Below the pieces are notes generated by a model. That model was not told the DNA's origin. It ran no database searches and saw only the letters and a program-made list of their open reading frames with translations. From Octopus bimaculoides (Eukaryota), in the NCBI RefSeq assembly GCF_001194135.2, contig NC_068998.1, forward strand, positions 42,967,303 to 43,000,404: 33,102 bases of DNA, read 5' to 3'. This document shows positions 11,375 through 20,915 of this stretch, in pieces. The position numbers and the translations under genes were made by a program. The first letter of the stretch is position 1. Every line of letters starts with the position of its first letter.

Positions 11375-11883
11375 TTTTATTATCATTATTATTATCATTA
11401 TTATTATTATTATCCTCATCATCATCATTATTGTTATTATTCCTTTTATTGCTATCATTATTATTTTGAATATTATCACTGGTGGTGTTGTTGTTGTTGT
11501 TGTTTATATTTGTAGATGTGTAAATCTTGTTCAGAAGAAGTGCATTTTCTATTATGTATTAATGGAGGTACACACATGTGCATGCACACTAAACACACAA
11601 ATGCACATGCATGCACACACACGTATACACACACACACACACACATGGAGAGACCAAATTATATTTTCAATGTTGCTTGATGAATAGGAGTGTAACTTTG
11701 TGTGTGTGTGTNNNNNNNNNNNNNNNNNNNNNNNNNNNNNNNNNNNNNNNNNNNNNNNNNNNNNNNNNNNNNNNNNNNNNNNNNNNNNNNNNNNNNNNNN
11801 NNNNNNNNNNNNNNNNNNNNNNNNNNNNNNNNNNNNNNGTGTATACACACACATATGTAGACATATGCATATATATACATGGG

Positions 11884-11916
<33 letters not shown>

Positions 11917-11951
11917 CTACATATATATGTGTGCATATATATATATATATA

Positions 11952-11995
<44 letters not shown>

Positions 11996-12100
11996 TATAT
12001 ATATATATATTCATATATATGTACAAATATTCATACACACCCACATACATATATGCATTCACACATGCATACATACATACATATATACATACATTTATAT
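11375..12100. repeat. (ATT/ATC)n followed by (CA)/(TG)/(TA) microsatellites around a gap
   Basis: Directly visible. Confidence 0.9.
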
Positions 12101-12780
12101 ATTGAAAGATAGAAACACAGAAATGACAAGAAGATGAAAACATGAACAATATTTTTCTTTAGTTTCAATACATAGAACCAGCAAAAAAAAAAAAAGGAAA
12201 ACATAAGCAAAAGATAAACAAAAGAAACATTAATGCAAATATGTACAACCCCCCCCCAAAAAAAAAGTACCAACTTATATATCGACTCACTCTCTCTCAT
12301 GAAAGAAAACTTTTTTTGTTTGTTTGCATGTGCATGGAGGCATGATGGCAAAATGTATATACATATGTGTGTGCATGTGTGAGTGCTTTCATATGCTTGC
12401 GTGTTCGTGTATGTTCATGTGTGTGCGTGTAGTTGTTATGGAATTTCATATTCAAAGCTATGAAGTGGTGATGAGATAAACACTCTCTAAATATTTGCTT
12501 TATTGTTTTTATATTACATCTTGCTTGATTATGATTTTCCCCACCGATGAAAGCCTAAACTATCAGAAAAATCAGTACTGATTCTCCTTTTGACAAATTT
12601 TCTTTTCATTGCATTTTGAATTTTTATTTCAATTATTTTCCTTACCTTTTTTTTTTTTTTCCCATTATCGTAGATATTCTACCAAGAAACCAACCACAAA
12701 AAACCTGCTTTTTGATTTGAGTGTATCTCAGTTAACTTCCCTTATAGATTTGCTTTTGTAGGGACATTATTATTATTATT

Positions 12781-13181
12781 AGGAGTGGCTGTGTGGTAAG
12801 TAGCTTGCTTACAAACCACATGGTTCTGGGTTCAGTCCCACTGCGTGGCACCTTGGGCAAGTGTCTTCTACTATAGCCTCGGGTCGACCAAAGCATTGTG
12901 AGTGGATTTGATAGACGGAAACTGAAAGAAGCCCGTCGTGTATATATATATGTATGTATGTGTGTGTGTGTGTATATGTGTGTCTGTGTTTGTCCCCCAG
13001 CATCGCTTATTGCTTGACAACCGATGCTGGTGTGTTAATGTCCTCGTAACGTAGTCGTTTGGCAAAAGAGAACAATAGAATAAGTACTAGGCTTACAAAG
13101 AATAAGTCCTGGGGTCGATTTGCTCGACTAAAGGCTGTGCTCCAGCATGGCCACAATCAAATGAGTGAAACAAGTAAAAGA
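12781..13181 (+). mobile_element. SINE family C (tRNA-derived CORE-type), full length, with an internal microsatellite
   Basis: A box tggctgtgtgg; B box ggttcagtccc; ggcaccttgggcaagtgtctt matches the CORE motif (MIR: gaccttgggcaagt). Internal (TA/TG)n at about 12940-12990. 3' end is gaaacaagtaaaaga. Confidence 0.9.
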
Positions 13182-13190
13182 ATTATTATC

Positions 13191-13400
13191 AAGGCAGGAA
13201 GCTGGCAGAATCTTTAGTCTGCCAGGCAAAGTGTTTAATAGCTTTTTGTCTGTCTCTGCATTATAAGATCAAATTCTGCCATAATCAAATTTGCTTTTTA
13301 TCTTTCAGGCTCAATAAAGTAAGTGTCAGCCTAACACTGGGGTCAATGTAATTGACTTACCCCTTCCCCCAAAATTTCAAGCCTTGTGCCCATAATAAAA
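13191..13400 (+). mobile_element. SINE family B, diverged copy
   Basis: aaggcaggaagctggcagaatc...ctggggtcaatgtaattgactt...aaatttcaagccttgtgcc, then (att)n. Confidence 0.8.
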
Positions 13401-13435
13401 ATTATTATTATTATTGTTATTATTATTATTATTAA

Positions 13436-13630
13436 AAGGTGGTGAGCTGGTAGATTCGTTAGCACGCCAGGCAAAATGTTCAGCGCTATTTTGTCTGAAG
13501 CTACGTTCTGAGTTCAAATTCTGCCGCGGTCAACTTTGCCTTTCATCCTTTTGGGGGTCGTTGAAATAAGTACCAATTATGCACTGGGCTCGATATAATC
13601 AGCTAGTCCCCCCCCACTTCCCCCCCAAAT
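13436..13630 (+). mobile_element. SINE family B
   Basis: ggtgagctggtagattcgttagcacgcc...gagttcaaattc...gcctttcatcc...taagtacca. Confidence 0.88.
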
Positions 13631-13823
13631 TAAAACAACTGACAAGCAAATCTGTGGTATTGAGCAGAATATTTGCTGTAGCCCATCTTTTATACCAAGA
13701 CAAAACAATGTGCATGATAACACTTCCAATCAGTTAAGTTAAGAAGCCATGAGGGCCACTGCCTGGTACTGCATCAGGGAAATTATTATTATTATTAACA
13801 TTATTATTATTATTAATGTGATA

Positions 13824-14020
13824 AAGGCGGTGAGTGGGCAAAATGCTTCGCGGTATTTTGTCTGTCTTTATGTTCTGAGTTCAAATTACTCTGAGGTCGA
13901 CTTTACTTTTCATCCTTTCAGGGTCGATAAAGTAAGTACCAGTTTTGTCCTGGGGTTGATATAATCGACTGGGCCCCCTCCCCAAAAATTTCGGGCTTTG
14001 TGCCGAAAGTAGAAAAGAAA
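13824..14020 (+). mobile_element. SINE family B with a deletion through the A-box region
   Basis: ggcggtgag|tgggcaaaatgc lacks about 21 bp (ctggcagaatcgttagcacgc) present in the other copies. The rest is intact. Confidence 0.85.
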
Positions 14021-14220
14021 TGTTACCATGCCAGACAAAATACTTGGCGGCATTTCATCTGTGCTTATGTTCTGAGTTTGAATTCTGCTGAGATCGACTT
14101 AACCTTTCATCCTTTCAGGGTCGATGAAATAAGTACCAGTTATGCACTGGGGTTGATGTAATCGACTAGCTCTCTCCCCCAGAATGTCAGGCCTTTTGCC
14201 TTGAGTAGATAGGGTTATTA
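14021..14220 (+). mobile_element. SINE family B, 5'-eroded
   Basis: gttctgagtttgaattc...cctttcatcctttcagggtcgatgaaataagtaccag...ctggggttgatgtaatcgact. Confidence 0.85.
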
Positions 14221-14680
14221 CAAGTGATTTAAGCTTTCTAGCTTCTTGTGAGTTGTGTATTACTTACTTCAGATAGAAGAGTTGTAGGAGGAGAAGTAGT
14301 AGCTAGAAAGTGAATGAGTGTGTGTGTGTATGCGTGCATGTGTGATTGTGATTGTGGTCATGGTGGGAGAAAGGGTAAACTTAGTAATCATGCTTTAAGC
14401 TGCAGATTCTGGCTACAGCATGTAAAAGTGGGGTGTGTGAGTGGGGGCGGGGGTAGGGAGTAAACAGTAAGTTAATTACTCGTTAATAACCTGGCCGGAC
14501 ACCAAAGTGAAAGAGCGATGAGATACTTTATTAAAGTGTGAATTAAGGTCCGTCTCCCTCCTTCCCTTCCTTCTATCCATCCATCCATCCACCCATCTCT
14601 CCATCCTTTCACCCATCGCCACCACCGCATCTCACCCTACACACCCGCCCACCTCCCTGCATACCTGCCTACTTATTTAC

Positions 14681-14809
14681 CTCATGCTGAAGGCAATACT
14701 GGCATTCATCCGTAGCAAAATCACAGAAGAACGGGGAAATGCCGAGAGTGGTGGCGAGGAACACCAATAAAATACAAATAAAAGCTGTATTGCATAAGCC
14801 AAATTTCAT
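14681..14809 (-). CDS. Candidate first coding exon of a secreted protein (hypothetical)
   Basis: ATG at 14809 (A at -3, in-frame TAA upstream) encodes MKFGLCNTAFICILLVFLATTLGISPFFCDFATDECQYCLQHE, followed by a phase-0 GAG|GTAAAT donor. The sequence has a signal-peptide-like n/h/c layout. I recognise no homologue and found no downstream exon. Confidence 0.35.
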
Positions 14810-15494
14810 TATCAGCTTTAGTTCTTAACAAATCAAACAGAGGAGTTGATGTTATTATTTAAAGGAAGAATAATGAAACCCTTACCCTTTTTTTTTTATT
14901 ATTGTGCTTTTGGGTTATTTTTTTTTTGTTGTTGCCCAAATTTGCGTTTTGTTTTATTAGTGTTGTTTCTGCTTCTGTTTATGTTGTGTTTTATTGTTTT
15001 TTTTTTTAGTTCAACCACATCACGGGCCGTTCTTATTTTTTTAATTGCCAAAGAGGCATGTTGTGTACGAGCATTTGTATGTGTGTGTGTGTGTGAGTGT
15101 GTGTGCATGTGTGTNNNNNNNNNNNNNNNNNNNNNNNNNNNNNNNNNNNNNNNNNNNNNNNNNNNNNNNNNNNNNNNNNNNNNNNNNNNNNNNNNNNNNN
15201 NNNNNNNNNNNNNNNNNNNNNNNNNNNNNNNNNNNNNNNNNNNNNNNNNNNNNNNNNNNNNNNNNNNNNNNNNNNNNNNNNNNNNNNNNNNNNNNNNNNN
15301 NNNNNNNNNNNNNNNNNNNNNNNNNNNNNNNNNNNNNNNNNNNNNNNNNNNNNNNNNNNNNNNNNNNNNNNNNNNNNNNNNNNNNNNNNNNNNNNNNNNN
15401 NNNNNNNNNNNNNNNNNNNNNNNNNNNNNNNNNNNNNNNNNNNNNNNNNNNNNNNACTTCACCCTGTATCTACTAAACAAACACAGTGATTTGT

Positions 15495-15660
15495 TACAAC
15501 AACGATGATAATAATGACTGTGACATTGAACATTATTATTATTATCATTATTATTATTATTACCATTATTATTATTATCATCATCATCATCATCATCATC
15601 ATCATTATTATTATTATTATCATTATTATCATTATTATTATTATTATTATCATCATCTTT

Positions 15661-15728
<68 letters not shown>

Positions 15729-16112
15729 CATCATCTTTATCATCATCATCATTATTATCATCATCATCTTCATCATCATCATCATTATTATTATTAACAT
15801 CATTATTATCATCATCATCATCATCATCAGTATCATCATCATCATCATCATCATCACCATCATCATCATTATTATTATTATTATCATTATTATCATTATT
15901 ATTACCATTATTATTATCATCATCTTTATCATCATCATCATTATCATCATCATCATCACCATCATCATCATTATTATTATCATCATCATCATCATCATTA
16001 TTATTATTATTAACATCATTATTATCATCATCATCATCATCGTCATCATTATTATTATTATTATTATTGGTGTTCTTGTTGTTGTTATTGCCGTCCTTAT
16101 TATTATTATTCT
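15495..16112. repeat. Long compound (ATC)n/(ATT)n trinucleotide array
   Basis: About 620 bp of alternating ATC and ATT blocks; gives poly-I, poly-H/Y, poly-D/N and poly-M ORFs. Confidence 0.97.
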
Positions 16113-16344
16113 GTAAGTGATGAGTTGGTTCATTTGAAACACAATGAAGAGCCATAACTCTTACAATGAAACAACTTACCCAAGAAACTCTCAACTAAGA
16201 AATAGAGAGAGTGGTAGTTGTAGTGGTGGTGGTGGGGGGACGAAGAGACAGTAAGGAATCAAACAAGAAAGGAATGGTATTTGTAAGACGGACATGAAGG
16301 GGAAGTTCGTGATTCTGAATCCCCATAGATTTTCTTCAGACCTA

Positions 16345-16389
16345 ATATATATATATATCTAATCTGTTCTCTCCAGATGTATATACGTA

Positions 16390-16467
<78 letters not shown>

Positions 16468-16815
16468 GTTAGGAAGGGCATCCAGCTGTAGAAACTCTGC
16501 CAAATCAGATTGGAGGCTGGTGTTGCCATCCGGTTTCACCAGTCCTCAGTCAAATCGTCCAACCCATGCTAGCATGGAAAGCGGACGTTAAACGATGATG
16601 ATGATGATGATGATACACACACACACACACATATATACACATATACATACACATATATATATACACACGCATATATATACACATATATATATACACACTT
16701 ATATATACACACACACATATATATACACACATATATATATATATACATACAAATATATATACAAACATATATATACATATATATATATACATATATGTGT
16801 ACATATATGTGTGTG

Positions 16816-16847
<32 letters not shown>

Positions 16848-16850
16848 ATT
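16345..16850. repeat. (TA)n and compound (CA/TA) microsatellite hosting a SINE A copy
   Basis: Near-pure (TA)n at about 16393-16463; (CA)/(TA) mix at 16615-16850. Confidence 0.95.
16464..16614 (+). mobile_element. SINE family A, 5'-truncated young copy
   Basis: tggcgttaggaagggcatccagc...gacgttaaac(gat)7. Confidence 0.92.
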
Positions 16851-17049
16851 TTATTAATAGTTACCTAATGAAGGAACATTCATGAATCGCTTGCCACTCT
16901 TCATACTCTTATGACTTTCATGCCTTGACTCTTTCATTTAAGCCCTTGGTCCCCTTCTGGGACACACACAGTATTTGATCTCCCATTACTTATTCCAGCC
17001 CTGAGCTTTTCCTTCTGATTCCAGAAATGTGACATTTGTTTTGGCTTCT

Positions 17050-17240
17050 TCCTAAACATTTCTGTAGCAAGCATGTGTTTGTACAGAGTAAGACCACTAG
17101 CTCCAAATCATAACCCCCTGCCTGGCAGACTAGAAGCTACCCCTTAATCTGGCTTCTTCCCTGTGGTCTACCCAACATGACTGAATCTGCTAGAAAGGCT
17201 GAATTCATCATCAGAATATAACTGGTACTCTTTGTTATAA
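17050..17240 (-). mobile_element. Possible decayed 5' UTR of an RTE-like LINE
   Basis: gtttgtacagagtaagaccactagc...aaccccctgcctggcagac...taccccttaatctggc resembles my recollection of antisense RTE 5' UTRs (gttt.tacggggtgagg..gctagcc...caacccccaacctggaggacc). Unverified. Confidence 0.3.
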
Positions 17241-17249
17241 TGACCTGTG

Positions 17250-17278
17250 TTCCAGTTGATCCAATCCATGGAACAGCA
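17250..17278 (-). mobile_element. SINE family E, short 3' fragment
   Basis: ttccagttgatccaatccatggaacagc matches ttccagttgatccgatcaacggaacagc at about 21069-21096. Confidence 0.6.
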
Positions 17279-17287
17279 CACACACAT

Positions 17288-17500
17288 ATCATCATCATCA
17301 TCATCGTTTAACGTCCGCTTTCCATGCTAGCATGGGTTGGACGATTTGACTGAGGACTGGTGAAACCGGATGGCAACACCAGGCTCCAGTCTAATTTGGC
17401 AGAGTTTCTACAGCTGGATGCCCTTCCTAACGCCGTGTAGTGGGTGCTTTTACGTGTCACCCGCACGAAAACGGCCACGCTCAAAATGGTGTCTTTTATG
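17288..17500 (-). mobile_element. SINE family A, young copy with two internal deletions; runs into the gap
   Basis: Reverse complement of the 1400 copy, lacking gccagtatcgcctgactggc and tctctgagtggtt. Confidence 0.92.
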
Positions 17501-17762
17501 NNNNNNNNNNNNNNNNNNNNNNNNNNNNNNNNNNNNNNNNNNNNNNNNNNNNNNNNNNNNNNNNNNNNNNNNNNNNNNNNNNNNNNNNNNNNNNNNNNNN
17601 NNNNNNNNNNNNNNNNNNNNNNNNNNNNNNNNNNNNNNNNNNNNNNNNNNNNNNNNNNNNNNNNNNNNNNNNNNNNNNNNNNNNNNNNNNNNNNNNNNNN
17701 NNNNNNNNNNNNNNNNNNNNNNNNNNNNNNNNNNNNNNNNNNNNNNNNNNNNNNNNNNNNNN

Positions 17763-17802
<40 letters not shown>

Positions 17803-17806
<4 letters not shown>

Positions 17807-17956
17807 ATGGGCTTCTTTCAGTTTCTGTCTACCAAATCTACACACAAGGCTTTGGTCAGCCTGAAGCTATAGTAGAAGACACTGGCCCAAGTTGTCACAC
17901 AGTGGGACTGAACCCAGAACCTTGTGGTTGGTAAGCAAGCTACTTACCACACGACT
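17803..17956 (-). mobile_element. SINE family C, 5' half
   Basis: gtagaagacactggcccaagt...gggactgaacccagaacc...aagcaagctacttaccacac is the reverse complement of the 12781 head. It ends in (TA)n and a gap. Confidence 0.88.
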
Positions 17957-18004
17957 ACACCAAATCATGTTTGTAGATATGCATAAAACATTTACTCAAG
18001 TACA

Positions 18005-18063
18005 AACATGTGAATAAATAAGTATTACATTTGATATGGAAACCCAAATGCTAAAAGGTTTAT
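18005..18063 (+). mobile_element. Right-end fragment of the piggyBac-like MITE
   Basis: atgtgaataaataagtattacatttga...aaatgctaaaaggttta matches 5006-5062. Confidence 0.6.
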
Positions 18064-19060
18064 TCAAATATTATATCCAGGTTTGTCTAATATGACATAG
18101 TAATTTTAAGAGAGTAAAGTGTAATTCGATGCAGAAAATATAGCTGATTGCTATTTCTAACAGGTCAAAGGACAATACAGAAGATCTACAGTTGAGTGGT
18201 GTAAGCCCTAGTCTCTCAACTAAGTGTAGATAGCTTATAAACATATCTACAGAATGAGGTGATGATCTGACAATAACTAAGTGAGATCACTCATATAATG
18301 CACTACACAGCAGATTGTTATTTGTCAGGCTTACTGACATACGATCTTGTGATAAACATTGTTTACTATGGGTTCAGATTAAAACTTGAATTAACAGGAG
18401 TGACTTACTGCTTCAACCCAAGCTAATTTTTATAGTAAAGCCATAAGAGTTTTCATACACGAAAACATAATAATTTTATGTGCGTGTGAAACTTAGCAGT
18501 CTTAGAAAAAAGATATATATATATATATATATATAATTTTTTTTTCGTGTGTATATAATGTTAATGGCAGACATCTCTCTGAATAAGTTATGAATATAAA
18601 TTCTTCTATGAATCCCAGAAGAATTCTAAAATAGGTAGGTTAGTGGTAATGCATTTAATATATATATATNNNNNNNNNNNNNNNNNNNNNNNNNNNNNNN
18701 NNNNNNNNNNNNNNNNNNNNNNNNNNNNNNNNNNNNNNNNNNNNNNNNNNNNNNNNNNNNNNNNNNNNNNNNNNNNNNNNNNNNNNNNNNNNNNNNNNNN
18801 NNNNNNNNNNNNNNNNNNNNNNNATATATATAGCTGCAAGAATGTCCGGGGAAAAATATCCAGGTATGTCTGCTACATGAAAAATTAATGTTTGTGTAGT
18901 GTGTGTGTGTGTGTGTGTAAATGTATGTCTCACATCAGCAAGCAGAAAAAATATAACTACTTCACTCTGTGAAGACTCAGAGAATGAAAAGCCACTCTTC
19001 CAGAACTGACGTTTGTACTTCCAGGAAAAATTAGAATATGATTTAAATGATTAAATACCA

Positions 19061-19336
19061 GGTTAGGTCAGGTGAGGTGAAGTACGGAGGTATGTGCCCT
19101 TTCAGTGCATCACTGCACCCACCATTCGTTGGTATTTGCTTGGGTTGACCCAGGCAATCTTTTGAGCAGTATCCCAGATAGTCCTCACTTCTGTGAGATA
19201 CTTCCTAATCTGCCCTGACCATGTGACCAACAAAAGCCATCTCCCCAGCTGGAACCTCAGATAAGAGAACATGACATGCAGTTTTCAACTCAGAAAATCA
19301 AGCAACATCACCAGGCAAATGCCCACAAATCATGAG
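19061..19336 (-). mobile_element. RTE-clade LINE 3' end with a (CCTGA)-like tail
   Basis: Minus strand reads DVA*FSELKTACHVLLSEVPAG, then WSGQIRKYLTEVRTIWDTAQKIAWVNPSKYQRMVGAVMH*, then the tail cacctcacctgacctaacc. It resembles RTE ends of the HVARFPE.DPAHRVL...W..QI..Y...AW......Y.R.V.A.M type. Confidence 0.62.
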
Positions 19337-19402
19337 TAAATATCCAAGATCATTTATTGGTAATTAGGGAACCAATAAATTTTGATGACCATTAATTAAT
19401 TA

Positions 19403-19484
19403 TCTTTTACCTGTTATCCTTTACTTGTTTCAGTCATTAGACTGTGGTCATGCTGGGGCACTACCTTGAAGAATTTTAGTTGAC
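19403..19484 (-). mobile_element. SINE family C-type 3' end
   Basis: Reverse complement gtgccccagcatgaccacagtctaatgactgaaacaagtaaagga matches 13138-13181. Confidence 0.8.
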
Positions 19485-19493
19485 TGACAGGAG

Positions 19494-19685
19494 GCATGGG
19501 GGAGACCAAGAATGAGATGGTTGGATAAGATCCATAGTCTCAAAAGGTCACACTTGGGAATCCAGCCAGAAAGACTAATGAATGCTGCTTCTGATAGGAC
19601 CCTAGTGAAGAGGTATGAGGACTCTTTCCCCATGGCCTTCAAGGCAGAGTGAACAGAAAAGACGGCTGAATGGGTGAAATTAACT
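19494..19685 (+). mobile_element. RTE-clade LINE (Expander/Rex3-like) 3' end
   Basis: 19494-19652 reads AWGRPRMRWLDKIHSLKRSHLGIQPERLMNAASDRTLVKRYEDSFP, similar to RGRPRTRW.D....L.W..LGI.PE.L..VA.DR..W..LL..LPP. Confidence 0.68.
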
Positions 19686-19964
19686 TAATCTCACAGTCCC
19701 AGACTGGATTTGAACTCTGAATTATTTAATTTGTAGACAATTCCATGGTAATGTAATTCATGTGAGTCAACTACTGTATTTGAAATGAATAATTAATTTT
19801 TCAATGATGACCTACCAAATCAAAGAATCATGCTGGAGAACAAAGTTTAGTATAAATGTACTTCTATAGATCAGATATCAAATTCCATGGTACTAATAAA
19901 TAAATAAGCAGACTATAAGTCAATAGATAAATAGATTAAAAGTAGACAATAAAACATGGCTGGG

Positions 19965-20165
19965 TAGATAGATAGATAGATAGATAGATGGATAGATAGA
20001 TATGTTTCTTTATTAGCCACACAAGGCTGAACACAGAAGGGAAAAAATACAATGTAGAGCTTTTCTTGTAGATAGATAGATAGATAGATAGATAGAAAGA
20101 TAAAAAGATTGATAGAGAGAGGGGGTAAGAGACAGAAATGGGGAGAGAAAGATAGATTGATATAT
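19965..20165. repeat. (GATA)n microsatellite containing a short D-element 3' end at about 20003-20067
   Basis: tgtttctttattagccacacaaggctgaacacagaaggg...gtagagcttttctt matches 5924-5990 and has (gata)n on both sides. Confidence 0.85.
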
Positions 20166-20859
20166 AAGAAGGTGGACAGATTGATATGTAGGCAGCAAGC
20201 TGGATAGCTAGAGTGGAAAATAGGGAGAAAGATAGAAAACTAAATTGATAGATACACACATCCACACAAACACACACACACATAAATGGATAAGTAGAAT
20301 GGTAAATAAAGGAAATAAATAAAAAAATAAATTAATGAAGTAATAAAATAAAGGTGACTGTTAAGAATTACCATTAGTGGGAATTTCACTGAGAGGAACC
20401 AATAAGCTACGATCGGAAGACATATTGATTTTTTACAATATTCATCAGGTTCTGCTCCAACATCTACATTAATAGAGAGAACAATGGTTGTAATAACAGT
20501 AACAGCAATATCTAACAACAACAACAACAGTGGCACTGACAAAAACAAGAGTAGCAACAACACTGACAACAACAGCTGTAGAGTACCAGTATAGCATTAA
20601 AAGCAATAACAGGAATTGTTCTCTGTTATTGTTGTTATTGTCGTTGTTATCATTAATGGTGGCGATAAGAAACTCTCTTGAAAGCTGAGTCAATGAGGAA
20701 GAGTTACAACTAGACAAAATCTCTAAGCAGTTTCAATGCACAAGTCTATTCTATCCAAGTGGCTAAAAAGTTTCAGCAGAAGGGCACCCTGGAGTTATGA
20801 GCTAGATGTTTCCAGGTCCCCTTAGAGTATAAGAAGTCAAGGGCCCAAACCTGGGCCGG

Positions 20860-20915
20860 ATTAAGATCCATAGAAGCCCTAAGCACCTTCAAGATTTTAG
20901 TGCCTCCATATATGT
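20860..20915 (+). mobile_element. Possible DNA-transposon (MITE) terminal remnant
   Basis: ctgggccggattaag...gaagccctaagcac...gtgcctc resembles the GGGCCGGATTAAG..GGGCCCT termini of non-autonomous DNA elements. Single copy; no partner end seen. Confidence 0.3.

Noticed and set aside
15456-15469. caccctgta as the right TIR of the mariner starting at 6837
   Set aside because: Only 9 bp match; the adjacent bases differ from the left TIR, it is 8 kb away and it borders a gap.
14899-16194. 431-aa poly-Asp/Asn ORF resembling an acidic biomineralisation or disordered protein
   Set aside because: It is the reverse strand of an (ATC/ATT)n array plus a gap, open in several frames on both strands, with a TTG start and no complex domain.
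18183-18250. Imperfect hairpins (atctacagttgag / ctcaactaagtgtagat) as a miRNA precursor
   Set aside because: The stem is short and interrupted; common by chance in AT-rich DNA.
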